Origin: Alphaproteobacteria bacterium
Lineage (GTDB): Bacteria > Pseudomonadota > Alphaproteobacteria > UBA9219 > RFNS01
Assembly: GCA_037200005.1 (NCBI GenBank)
Contig: JBBCGY010000001.1
Location: forward strand, 1,443,103-1,507,102
Reading direction: 5' to 3'
DNA length: 64,000 nt
Shown here: positions 45,701-55,792 of the stretch, in pieces
Position numbering within the stretch: the stretch's first letter is position 1
How the letters are laid out: every line of letters starts with the position of its first letter
The notes under the pieces: model-generated
Seen by the model: the letters and a program-made list of their open reading frames with translations, nothing else
Database searches by the model: none
Told to the model about the DNA's origin: nothing
Translations under genes and position numbers: made by a program

Positions 45701-45851
45701 GGTTCAAATAGAGCCGTCATTCCCGGCGGCTTTGACCGTCCCAAGACGGTCAAAGTCGAACGGGAATCCCGTTTGTTTATTGGAAAAGAAAACGGGATTC
45801 CCGCTCGCCCTGTCACTCGCAAGCGAGTGAACACGGCGTCGGGAATGACGC
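45701..45851. repeat. MITE/REP-like nested palindromic element, full copy 1
   Basis: Terminal inverted repeats GCCGTCATTCCCG ... CGGGAATGACGC enclose three internal hairpins: CTTTGACCGTC/GACGGTCAAAG, CGGGAATCCCGTTT/AAACGGGATTCCCG and GTCACTCGC/GCGAGTGAAC. Confidence 0.85.
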
Positions 45852-45900
45852 AGACTACGAAAGCCATTCCATATAATCTCATCTTGCTCTAACCCGGCAA

Positions 45901-48153
45901 TCAACCGGCCTGATCCGCCGGAACGACGAAACTCTCGATGACTTTTTTCAGCCCGGCCTTGTCGAAGGCGATTTCGAGCTTGTCGTGATCGGCGCGCTTG
46001 ACCGTGCCATAGCCGAATTTCTGATGGAAAACACGCGCGCCAGGCTCGAAGCCTCCTTCGCTCGCCGCCTGCGGCTTGATTTCATAGGCCGTACCTTCAA
46101 TTTCCCTCGGCGCCTGCCTCGCCGCATACCGGCGCCCTCCCTGCCATGACTGGAACGTCGGCGCGGCGCGTTCTCGGGATGGAGAATCTGAAAAATTCGC
46201 GGCGGTGAATGCCATCACGCGCTCGACATGTTCTCCGGGCAGCTCGCCGATAAAGCGCGACGGCATCGGATTGACCCATGCGCCATGCAGCAAGCGGCTG
46301 GCGGCGAAGGAAATCGCGGCGCGGCGCTTGGCCCGCGTGATGCCGACATAGGCCAGCCGCCGCTCCTCTTCGAGACCGGCATTGCCGTTCTCGTCCAGCG
46401 TCCTGCGGCTCGGAAAAATATCCTCTTCCCAGCCGGGCAGGAAAACCTGATCGAATTCCAGTCCCTTCGCGCCATGCAAAGTCATGATGCTGACCTGCTC
46501 GCCATCGTCACGGTTGCTTTGCTCTAGAACAAGACTCACATGCTCGAGAAAGACAGGCAGCGCCTCGAATTCCGTGATCGCGCCGATAAGCTCTTTAAGA
46601 TTGTCGAGCCGTCCCGGCGCTTCCGGCGATTTATCCGCCTGCCACATGGCGGTATAGCCGGATTCATCCAGAATGATCTGCGCCACCTCGGAATGGGGCA
46701 ACTCGTCGAGCAATTGCCGCCAGCGCAAGAACTGCTCGATCAGGCCGCGCAGCGTCGAACGCACCTTCGGCTTAAGCTCATCGGTTTCCGTAAGCTTCCA
46801 GGTCGCCTCGGTCAGCGGAATATTGGCGCTTCGGGCGTACTGATAAAGCTGCTGGATCGTCGCCGGGCCGATGCCGCGCTTGGGGATATTGATGATGCGC
46901 TCGAAGGCGACATCGTTCTCCGGCGTGACCAGCAACCGTAAATAAGCAATGGCGTCGCGGATTTCCGCCCGCTCGTAGAACCGCGCGCCGACCAGCACCC
47001 GATAGGGAATGCCGAGCGCGATGCAGCGCTCCTCGAAAGCGCGGGTCTGGAATCCCGCGCGCACCATGATGGCGATTTCGCGCAGCGACGTGCCGCGCCG
47101 CTGCAGGGTCTCGATCTCGTCGCCGATCCAATAAGCTTCGGCCTCGCCACTCCATAAGCCGCGCACCATCACCTTGTCGCCGCCATCCGCCTCCGTCCAC
47201 AGATTTTTGCCGAGCCGCGACTGATTGCGCGCGATCAAGCCCGACGCCGCGCCGAGAATATGGCCGGTGGAGCGGTAATTCTGTTCCAGCCGGACGATCT
47301 TCGCGCCGGGGAAATCACTCTCGAAACGCAGGATATTGCCGATTTCCGCGCCGCGCCAGCCATAGATCGATTGATCCTCGTCGCCGACGCAGCATATGTT
47401 CTGATGGTTCTGCGCCAGAAGCCGCAGCCACAGATATTGCGCGACATTGGTGTCCTGATATTCGTCCACCAGCAGATAGCGGAATTTCTGCTGGTAATGC
47501 TCGCGCGCGTCCTGATGCTGCTGCAACAATGTCAATTGATGCAGCATCAAATCGCCGAAATCGCAGGCATTGAGGGTCAGCAGCCGCTCCTGATACGCCG
47601 CGTACAGCCGGGGCAGCTTGCCGTCCGCCAGATGCCCGCCTTCATTCGTGACCTGGTCGGGACGCAGCCCGCGATCCTTCCAGCGTTCGATGACGCTCAG
47701 CACCAGACGCGCGGGCGATTTCTTGTCGTCGATATTCTCGGCCTCCAGCAATTGCTTGATCAGCCGCAACTGGTCGTCGGTATCGAGAATGGTAAAACTG
47801 GGTTTCAGTCCAACCCGCTCGGCATAGGGACGCAGCATCCGCGCCGCCAGCGCATGAAACGTGCCGAGGAACCAGCCCTCGACCGAACGGCCGATCAGCG
47901 CGCCGACGCGCTCGCGCAATTCCGCCGCCGCCTTGTTGGTGAAAGTCACGGCCATGATCTGCCCCGGCATCGCGCGTCCGGAATGCAGCAGCCAGGCGAG
48001 CCGCATCGTCAGCACCCGCGTCTTGCCGGTGCCCGCGCCCGCCAGCACCAGCACCGGGCCGTCGGCAGCCAGCACCGCCTCGCGCTGCGCGGCGTTCAGC
48101 CCGCGCATAAAGCCGGGTTCGGGGACGTCGAGTGGTTGAAGAAGCGCGGTCAT
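45901..48153 (-). CDS. uvrD: UvrD/Rep/PcrA-family ATP-dependent DNA helicase
   Basis: AGAGTGKTRVL Walker A, LVDEYQDTN, MTLHGAKGLEF, YVGITRA. Confidence 0.93.
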   Translation of the reverse strand: MTALLQPLDVPEPGFMRGLNAAQREAVLAADGPVLVLAGAGTGKTRVLTMRLAWLLHSGRAMPGQIMAVTFTNKAAAELRERVGALIGRSVEGWFLGTFHALAARMLRPYAERVGLKPSFTILDTDDQLRLIKQLLEAENIDDKKSPARLVLSVIERWKDRGLRPDQVTNEGGHLADGKLPRLYAAYQERLLTLNACDFGDLMLHQLTLLQQHQDAREHYQQKFRYLLVDEYQDTNVAQYLWLRLLAQNHQNICCVGDEDQSIYGWRGAEIGNILRFESDFPGAKIVRLEQNYRSTGHILGAASGLIARNQSRLGKNLWTEADGGDKVMVRGLWSGEAEAYWIGDEIETLQRRGTSLREIAIMVRAGFQTRAFEERCIALGIPYRVLVGARFYERAEIRDAIAYLRLLVTPENDVAFERIINIPKRGIGPATIQQLYQYARSANIPLTEATWKLTETDELKPKVRSTLRGLIEQFLRWRQLLDELPHSEVAQIILDESGYTAMWQADKSPEAPGRLDNLKELIGAITEFEALPVFLEHVSLVLEQSNRDDGEQVSIMTLHGAKGLEFDQVFLPGWEEDIFPSRRTLDENGNAGLEEERRLAYVGITRAKRRAAISFAASRLLHGAWVNPMPSRFIGELPGEHVERVMAFTAANFSDSPSRERAAPTFQSWQGGRRYAARQAPREIEGTAYEIKPQAASEGGFEPGARVFHQKFGYGTVKRADHDKLEIAFDKAGLKKVIESFVVPADQAG

Positions 48154-48170
48154 GATGCGGCCATTATAGG

Positions 48171-48185
48171 GCCGTCATTCCCGGC
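48171..48185. repeat. Solo GCCGTCATTCCCGGC end of the same repeat family
   Basis: Matches the left terminus of the 45701 and 49421 elements. Lies between the uvrD start and the GGDEF gene stop. Confidence 0.6.
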
Positions 48186-48208
48186 ACGCCATGACTGTCT
48201 TTGGCGGT

Positions 48209-49285
48209 CTACTCCCCCTCCCACGCCACGACGCGGTTGCGGCCTTCCTGCTTGGCCTTGTAGAGGTTTCTGTCGGCGCGTTCGATAAGCTGGAGGGCGC
48301 TTTCCCCGCTGCGATATTCCGCGACGCCGATCGACATGGTGATGACGCCCAGGCTCTCGCCCGTGCTGCGGCGGGTGATCTGCTTGGTTCCCACCAGATT
48401 GCGCAGCTGGTCGCCCACCAGCGTGCCCACGTCGAGCGGCGTCTGCGGCAGCAGAACGGCGAATTCCTCGCCGCCATAGCGCGCGACCATGTCGCGGCCC
48501 TTGATGCTTTCGAGCAGGGTTTTTCCCACCAGCTTCAGCACCTGATCGCCTACCAGATGCCCGTGAGTGTCGTTGAACTGCTTGAAATGATCGATATCGA
48601 TCATCAGCAGCGACAGCGGCATCATCGCCTCCATCGCCTCCGCGATCAGCCGCTCGATCCCGTTCTGGAAGAATTTGCGGTTGCCGACTTCGGTGAGGGG
48701 ATCGATCAGCGATTCCTGCCGCACCTTGTCGAGATTGTAGCGCAATTCCGACATCTGCTGCGTCGATTGCGAAAGCTGGGTCTGCAGGCGCGTATTCTGC
48801 TCGGTGATGACGCGGGTTTCCTGCGTCACGCGGTCGACGATGGTCTTGAGCGAATCCAGCGCGGGCACCTTGTTCAATTGTCCGGCGAAGCTGTCGAGGG
48901 TTTTGCCGAACCTGTCCGTGCCCTGGTTCGCCACGCCGAGCAGCTCCAGGATTTTCCTCATCTCGGCTTCCAATGCGGTATTGGCATGTTCCAGCCAATG
49001 CTTCTCCGCCTCCACGCCGAGATGCGCGGTGTAGAGATGGTTGCATTGCTCCTGCGTCACCACGCCGAACTGCTTGGTCAGCTCGTCGATCGACATATTG
49101 AGATCGGGAATCCGCTGCGCGAAATAGCAGAAGAACAGCGCGTAATTCTCCGGGCTGGGCGGCAACGCGTCCTTTTTCAGGCGCTCGAAAGCGCGCTCGC
49201 CCCATTCGCGATGCTGCTCGATGGTGCCGGGCATCTGCATGGCGCCGACCAAGACCTGGGGGATGAGGAAATTGACCACGGGCAA
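48209..49285 (-). CDS. Diguanylate cyclase (GGDEF domain) with helical N-terminal region
   Basis: DPLTEVGNRKFF, IDIDHFKQFNDTHGH, active site RYGGEEFAVLL. Start uncertain (TTG 49285 or an internal ATG). Confidence 0.9.
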   Translation of the reverse strand: MPVVNFLIPQVLVGAMQMPGTIEQHREWGERAFERLKKDALPPSPENYALFFCYFAQRIPDLNMSIDELTKQFGVVTQEQCNHLYTAHLGVEAEKHWLEHANTALEAEMRKILELLGVANQGTDRFGKTLDSFAGQLNKVPALDSLKTIVDRVTQETRVITEQNTRLQTQLSQSTQQMSELRYNLDKVRQESLIDPLTEVGNRKFFQNGIERLIAEAMEAMMPLSLLMIDIDHFKQFNDTHGHLVGDQVLKLVGKTLLESIKGRDMVARYGGEEFAVLLPQTPLDVGTLVGDQLRNLVGTKQITRRSTGESLGVITMSIGVAEYRSGESALQLIERADRNLYKAKQEGRNRVVAWEGE

Positions 49286-49420
49286 TCCTGAAAGAATCCT
49301 TACGGCCCGGCAATGTCGAGCGGCCGCTGGAATTTATAGCGATCTATATTGATAGAATAGATTGGTTAATTCTTACGTAACGATTAAGGGGCTGAAGGCC
49401 TCAGGCCATAGAGCGGAACG

Positions 49421-49556
49421 GGTTCAAACAGAGCCGTCATTCCCGACGCCGCGAAGCGGCGAGCGGGAATCCCGTTTTCTTGAATAAAGAAACCAAATGG
49501 GATTCCCGCTCAGCTTTGACCGCCTTGGGGCGATCAAAGCTGTCGGGAATGACGGC
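49421..49556. repeat. MITE/REP-like nested palindromic element, full copy 2
   Basis: Same GGTTCAAA(C/T)AGAGCCGTCATTCCCG left end and CGGGAATGACGGC right end as copy 1. The same internal hairpin modules occur in a different order. Confidence 0.85.
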
Positions 49557-49567
49557 TGCCCTATCCT

Positions 49568-51127
49568 CTAAATCACCGCTCGGGTTTCCATCTCCGGCGG
49601 CGCGGATTTAAGCCTGCGGATCATGAGCTTATTGACCGCATGGATATAAGCGCGCGCCGAAGCGACCAGCGTGTCGTGATCGGTCCCCTGCCCGCTGACC
49701 GTGCGGCCTTCCTCGTCGAGGCGGACGGTCGCCTCGGCCTGGGCGTCGGTGCCTTCGGTGACGGCGCTGACCTGATACAGCGACAGCTTGCCCTGATGCG
49801 GCGCCAGTTCCCGGATGGCGTTGAAAATCGCATCCACCGGGCCGGTTCCCTCGGCGGAGGCGGTTTTGGCCTCGCCGTCGATGGATAGCTCGACCGCCGC
49901 CTTATGCGAGCCACGCGAATCCGCGGCGAGGGAAAGCGTCACGAACTTGATGCGGTCATGCGCCTTCGCCACTTCGTCATCCACCAGCGCGATGATGTCC
50001 TCGTCCCAGATATCCCTTTTCGCGTCGGCCAGTTCCTTGAAGCGGTGGAATGCGTCTTCCAGCGCATTGTCGCCCAGTTCATAGCCGAGTTCCTTCAATT
50101 TGGTCTTGAAGGCGGCGCGGCCCGACAATTTGCCGAGCTTGAGCGACGACTTGGTCAGCCCGACGCTTTCCGGCGACATGATCTCGTAGGTCTGCGCGTT
50201 CTTGAGCATGCCGTCCTGATGGATGCCGCTTTCATGGGCGAAGGCATTCGCGCCGACGATGGCCTTGTTCGGCTGGACGTTGAAGCCCGTGGTGCTCGAC
50301 ACCAGCCGCGACAGGCGCGTGATATATTCGGTCTTGATATGGTTCGTGAAAGGCATCAGGTCATTGCGCACGCGCATCGCCATGACGACTTCCTCCAGCG
50401 CCGCGTTGCCCGCGCGTTCGCCGAGGCCGTTGATCGTGCATTCCACCTGCCGCGCGCCCGCCATGACGCCCGCCAGCGAGTTGGCGACCGCGAGGCCGAG
50501 ATCGTTATGGCAATGCACCGAGATGACCGCCTTGTCCATGTCCGGCACGCGGTCCAGCAGCATCTTGATGATGTCGGTGTATTCGGTGGGCAGCGTATAG
50601 CCGACCGTGTCGGGAATATTGATCGTCTGCGCGCCGGCCTTGATCGCCGTCTCCACGGCGCGGCACAGGAAGTCGCGGTCGCTGCGCGTCGCGTCCATCG
50701 CGCTCCATTCCACGTCGTCGCACAGATTGCGCGCCAATTCCACGCTCTGCCGGATTTTTTCCAGAACGTCCTCCGGCTTCGCTTTCAGGATGTGCTCGAT
50801 ATGCTGCGGCGAAGTGCTGATGAAGGTATGGATGCGCCCGCGCGCGGCGGGCTTCACCGCCTCGGCGGCGCGTTCGATGTCGGCGCGGGCGGCGCGCGCC
50901 AGCCCGCAGACCGTGGAATCCTTCACGGCCCTGGCGATCGTCTGCACCGCTTCGAAATCGCCGTTGGAAGAAATCGGGAACCCGGCCTCGATGACGTCGA
51001 CGCCCATTTTTTCGAGCTGCAGCGCGATGGCGAGCTTCTGCTCCATGCTCATCGCCGCGCCGGGCGATTGCTCGCCGTCGCGCAACGTGGTGTCGAAAAT
51101 GATGACTTGGTTATTGCTCTGAGTCAT
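49568..51127 (-). CDS. leuA: 2-isopropylmalate synthase
   Basis: MTQSNNQVIIFDTTLRDGEQSPG, HCHNDLGLAVANS, C-terminal LeuA dimerisation/regulatory domain. Confidence 0.95.
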   Translation of the reverse strand: MTQSNNQVIIFDTTLRDGEQSPGAAMSMEQKLAIALQLEKMGVDVIEAGFPISSNGDFEAVQTIARAVKDSTVCGLARAARADIERAAEAVKPAARGRIHTFISTSPQHIEHILKAKPEDVLEKIRQSVELARNLCDDVEWSAMDATRSDRDFLCRAVETAIKAGAQTINIPDTVGYTLPTEYTDIIKMLLDRVPDMDKAVISVHCHNDLGLAVANSLAGVMAGARQVECTINGLGERAGNAALEEVVMAMRVRNDLMPFTNHIKTEYITRLSRLVSSTTGFNVQPNKAIVGANAFAHESGIHQDGMLKNAQTYEIMSPESVGLTKSSLKLGKLSGRAAFKTKLKELGYELGDNALEDAFHRFKELADAKRDIWDEDIIALVDDEVAKAHDRIKFVTLSLAADSRGSHKAAVELSIDGEAKTASAEGTGPVDAIFNAIRELAPHQGKLSLYQVSAVTEGTDAQAEATVRLDEEGRTVSGQGTDHDTLVASARAYIHAVNKLMIRRLKSAPPEMETRAVI

Positions 51128-51258
51128 AGCTTTGCCTTGGTTTTCTAGCTGGATTTTCCATGGCCGGCTAGAATGACATATTTTTTGGATGGGGTAAAAT
51201 ATTATTGCCGATAGGCAGTATGCTTGAAAGTTTAAGCGCCATACTGCCGCCAAACAGG

Positions 51259-51319
51259 TCGTCATTCCCGCGCAGGCGGGAATCCAGTACCTTTACGCGC
51301 GGCAGCGCGGAAAATAATG
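51259..51319. repeat. GTCATTCCCGCGCAGGCGGGAAT hairpin plus conserved tail (paralog of 13692-13747)
   Basis: Read directly; see the alignment under feature 13692-13747. Confidence 0.7.
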
Positions 51320-51569
51320 GCAGATATTTCGACCATCCGGCCCGAAATACGCCCTTGCCGCGTTCCGCCGTCATGCTAGGTTGTTGGCATGACAGGGTCT
51401 GAAACTCCTGCAACGACAATACGCGCGAAGTGTTCATAAAGCCGCGCACCCTCGGTCGAGAGGGTGCGGGAATACAACACCGCAAGGGAATACCGCGCAC
51501 GCTGCGTTGTAGCGTTTCAGCCTCTCGGCATTCCAGCCGCGCCCTGTCCTTACGACTAGGGAGTGGGGC

Positions 51570-51947
51570 ATGGTGGACAAAGACGACGAAATCCTGAACA
51601 GGCGCATCGGCGGGCGCATCAGGATAGCGCGGGCCGCGATGGGGTTGACGCAGGACAAGCTCGGCAAGTTCCTCCGCGTATCGTCGCATCAAATCCACAG
51701 ATATGAACAAGGTGCCGGCATTCCGGCGTCGAGCCTGTTCTTCGCCGCCGCGATTCTGGACGTGCCGGTTTCCTATTTCTTCGCCGACGAAGCGGAATCC
51801 GAGGCCGAGGCGATCCTGGAAACGGCGGCCAAAAGATACTCCCTGCTGCTTCGCGCACTGCAAAAAACCGAGCGCGGTCATCCGCCCCTCTTCAACGCCT
51901 TGCGCGAAATCATCGTGATCACGGCGCAAGACGCGCCTCTCAAATGA
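51570..51947 (+). CDS. XRE-family helix-turn-helix transcriptional regulator
   Basis: LNRRIGGRIRIARAAMGLTQDKLGKFLRVSSHQIHRYEQG is a classic Cro/C1 HTH. Confidence 0.8.
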   Translation: MVDKDDEILNRRIGGRIRIARAAMGLTQDKLGKFLRVSSHQIHRYEQGAGIPASSLFFAAAILDVPVSYFFADEAESEAEAILETAAKRYSLLLRALQKTERGHPPLFNALREIIVITAQDAPLK

Positions 51948-52130
51948 CGGGTCAAATGACACGCGGCGGCGCGAAAAAATCCTCGCAAAAACAATGACGT
52001 GGGAAATTTCCCTTGACTTCGGCACGAGGTTCTGCTATTGACCATCCCAGGGCGTCATGCGCCCGGAATCCAAAGCCCGCCTGGACAAAATCCGGCGGGT
52101 TTTTTGTTGGCTGCTGAATGTTAAGTTAGA

Positions 52131-52176
52131 ACCGTCATTCCCGACGCCGCGCTTCAGCGCGGCGAGCGGGAATGGC
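52131..52176. repeat. Partial copy of the GTCATTCCCG palindromic family
   Basis: CCGTCATTCCCGACGCCGCG..GCGGCGAGCGGGAAT matches the left module of copy 2 (49433-49470). Confidence 0.7.
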
Positions 52177-52286
52177 GGCGCTGCTTGGCGTTCCGCTCGA
52201 CGCGCTCCGAAAAACGGCGCTGAACGCAATTTTGAAAACAGGAGGTGAGAGTCGCGATTTTCCGGGGCTGTCCAGGCGCGCCTCGT

Positions 52287-52946
52287 TTAGCGTCCGTAAT
52301 ATTGGACGCCGATTTCGATATTGCCGCGTCCGGTTTCGCGGCGGTGCTTGTTGGTGTCGCGCAGCGAATAGATGCAGCCGCAATATTCCTGCTGATAGAA
52401 TTCCTCGCGCTTGGAAATCTGGATCATGCGCTCCGCGCCGCCGCCCTTGCGCCAGTTGTAATCCCAGTACGCGACGCCGTCATAGCGCCCCGCCGCGCGA
52501 TGGCCGCAGTCATTGATCTGCTGCATGTTCTTCCAGCGCGAAATGCCGAGGCATGACGTGAATAGATTGAAGCCGTTCTCATGGGCGTAAAGCGCCGTGC
52601 GCTCGAACCGCATGTCGAAGCATTCGGTGCAGCGCTTGCCGCGCTCCGGCTCCCACTCCATGCCCTTGACGCGCGCGAACCAATTGTCGCTGTCGTAATC
52701 GGCGTCGATGAAGGGGATGCCTATCTTCTCGGCGAAGCGGATATTCTCCTGCTTGCGCAGCTCATATTCCTCGCGGGGATGGATGTTTGGATTGTAGAAA
52801 TAGATCGTGATCGCAAGCCCGCTGGCCTGCATCGCCTCCATCACCTCGCCGGAGCATGGCGCGCAGCAGGAATGCAGCAGCACTTTCTCCGCATAGGGTG
52901 GGACGGGAAGTTGGAGTCGGTCTTGCTGGACGTTTGAGGAAGGCAT
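52287..52946 (-). CDS. queH: Epoxyqueuosine reductase QueH (DUF208)
   Basis: [37 protein letters not shown] cysteine blocks. Confidence 0.88.
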   Translation of the reverse strand: MPSSNVQQDRLQLPVPPYAEKVLLHSCCAPCSGEVMEAMQASGLAITIYFYNPNIHPREEYELRKQENIRFAEKIGIPFIDADYDSDNWFARVKGMEWEPERGKRCTECFDMRFERTALYAHENGFNLFTSCLGISRWKNMQQINDCGHRAAGRYDGVAYWDYNWRKGGGAERMIQISKREEFYQQEYCGCIYSLRDTNKHRRETGRGNIEIGVQYYGR

Positions 52947-53016
52947 TTTTTCTTTGGCCGTAATTTCAATGGGTTAAGGTGATTTTATAACAGAGTTTCG
53001 CGAATATGGGAACCTG

Positions 53017-53031
53017 GAACAAAAACAGAAC
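53017..53031. promoter_or_regulatory. Alphaproteobacterial-type SOS (LexA) box GAAC-N7-GAAC upstream of recA
   Basis: GAACAAAAACAGAAC read at 53017-53031, 86 nt upstream of the recA ATG. An additional GAAC lies at 53010 and a degenerate GAAC-N7-AAAC at 53059-53073. Confidence 0.6.
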
Positions 53032-53116
53032 TTGCTTTATCGGAAAGACTCAGTTATAGAACAAACCAGAAACAACGAATCCTCGTTTTCATCCCACCTT
53101 GACAGAGGAGCCCGCC

Positions 53117-54205
<1,089 letters not shown>

Positions 54206-54232
54206 ACATTCACGAATAGCCTCGCAGGCTAA

Positions 54233-54261
54233 CGCGGCGGCTGCAAAGCTGCCGCGTTTTT
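54233..54261 (+). terminator. Rho-independent terminator after recA
   Basis: CGCGGCGGC-tgcaaa-GCTGCCGCG (one mismatch) followed by TTTTT. Confidence 0.75.
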
Positions 54262-54309
54262 CAATAACTAGGAATATAGCGTCCAAACCAAAAAAGAAGG
54301 AGCATTCCA

Positions 54310-54834
54310 GTGATTACCCCGACTGAAATCACGGCTGCTTTGACTTCTCTCAAAGCAGCAAAAGATGTAGCACAAGCGATGGTCACGTTGCGTGATCACG
54401 AAGCATTTCAGTCCAAGCTTTTTGAATTCCAGTCCAAGATTATTGACGCACAAAATGCCGTTCTTGCGGCGAACGATGAACGAACCGGACTTATCACCCA
54501 CATTAACGATCTTGAGAAACAATTAGCCGATATGCAGGCGTGGGAAATCGAAAAGGGGAAATACGAACTCAAGAATCTGACTCAAGGAAGCAATGGACAG
54601 CCTAGTATTTTTGTTTACTCCTATAAAGAAAGGGCAGAACCACCCGAACCTTCTCATTATATATGTGCAAACTGCTATCAGAACAGGAAAAAATCTATTT
54701 TACAGACAGAGCCAAGAAATCCGGGCAGATGTGATGTGTTGATCTGTCACGAATGTCTTGGAGAAATGTATTTGCATGGACAATGGATGCCTGAACACGC
54801 TGGAAGAAAAAGAAAGAAAGGCGGCTCATATTAA
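54310..54834 (+). CDS. Hypothetical coiled-coil / zinc-ribbon-like protein (174 aa), low GC
   Basis: GTG start. Helical N-terminal half. C-terminal CANC...(26 aa)...CHEC four-cysteine pattern. AT-richer than the flanking recA and ilvE. Confidence 0.5.
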   Translation: MITPTEITAALTSLKAAKDVAQAMVTLRDHEAFQSKLFEFQSKIIDAQNAVLAANDERTGLITHINDLEKQLADMQAWEIEKGKYELKNLTQGSNGQPSIFVYSYKERAEPPEPSHYICANCYQNRKKSILQTEPRNPGRCDVLICHECLGEMYLHGQWMPEHAGRKRKKGGSY

Positions 54835-54919
54835 TCTGCGCCCTTGGCAAAACCGCGAGCGGGTATGTATGATAGCGGCCCATACAGCCACCCATACGAG
54901 AGAGACAGCAAGAGACGGC

Positions 54920-55792
54920 ATGGCACTCATACCCTTCGACGATCGCGATGGTTTCATTTGGTTCAACGGCAAGCTCGTGCCGTGGCGCGACGCCAAGATT
55001 CACGTCATCAATCACGGGCTGCATTACGGCAGCTGCGTGTTCGAAGGCGAGCGCGCCTATAACGGCAAAATCTTCAAATCGCGCGAGCACGCCGAGCGGC
55101 TCGAGAACTCCGGAAAACTTCTGGGCTTCAAGCTGCCCTACGGCGTCGATGACATCGTCGCCGCCAAGGACGCCGTCCTGAAAGCCAACAATCTCACCGA
55201 CGGCTATATCCGTCCCGTCGCCTGGCGCGGCAGCGAGGAAATGGGCGTGTCCGCCCCCCATACCAAAATCCATGTCGCCATCGCCGCCTGGGAATGGCCC
55301 GCTTATTTCAAGGAAGAACTGAAGAAAGGCGGCATTCGCCTGATGACCAGCCGGTGGGCGCGTCCCGCGCCCAACACGGCGCCGACGGCGGCGAAAGCCG
55401 CGGGCCTGTACATGATCGCCACGATGAGCAAGCATGAGGCGGCGGATCAAGGCTATACCGATGCGCTGATGCTCGACTGGCGCGGCCTTGTCGCCGAAGC
55501 GACCGGCGCGAACATCTTCCTGGCCATGGACGGCAAGCTGCATACGCCGACGCCGGATTGTTTTCTCGACGGCATCACGCGGCGCACGGTCATCGACCTC
55601 GCCCGCAAGCGCGGCATCGAGGTGATCGTGCGCGCGATCAAGCCGGAAGAACTCGCGCAGACCCAGGAAGTTTTCATCTGCGGCACGGCGGCGGAAGTCA
55701 CGCCGGTCGGACAGATCGACAGCCACAAATTCCAGGTCGGGCCAATCGCCCAAGCGCTGATCGATGATTACGCGGCGCTGGTGCGGCAGTAG
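54920..55792 (+). CDS. ilvE: Branched-chain amino acid aminotransferase
   Basis: MALIPFDDRDGFIWFNGKLVPW, GLHYGSCVFEGERAY, class IV aminotransferase C-terminal blocks (GITR, CGTAAEVTPV). Confidence 0.93.
   Translation: MALIPFDDRDGFIWFNGKLVPWRDAKIHVINHGLHYGSCVFEGERAYNGKIFKSREHAERLENSGKLLGFKLPYGVDDIVAAKDAVLKANNLTDGYIRPVAWRGSEEMGVSAPHTKIHVAIAAWEWPAYFKEELKKGGIRLMTSRWARPAPNTAPTAAKAAGLYMIATMSKHEAADQGYTDALMLDWRGLVAEATGANIFLAMDGKLHTPTPDCFLDGITRRTVIDLARKRGIEVIVRAIKPEELAQTQEVFICGTAAEVTPVGQIDSHKFQVGPIAQALIDDYAALVRQ

Noticed and set aside
45701-45712. GGTTCAAAT (also at 49421) resembling a tRNA T-loop, suggesting a tRNA gene or tRNA-derived att site.
   Set aside because: The flanking bases cannot form a T-arm stem or an acceptor stem. 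The motif is simply the conserved left flank of the palindromic repeat.
51168-52025. 285-aa minus-strand ORF spanning the leuA upstream region.
   Set aside because: It runs through intergenic repeats and is antisense to a convincing XRE-family HTH gene (51570-51947). No motifs.
45701-52176. The repeated palindromes as a possible CRISPR array.
   Set aside because: The copies are kilobases apart, separated by normal genes, and differ in length and internal order. There is no regular repeat-spacer structure and no cas genes.
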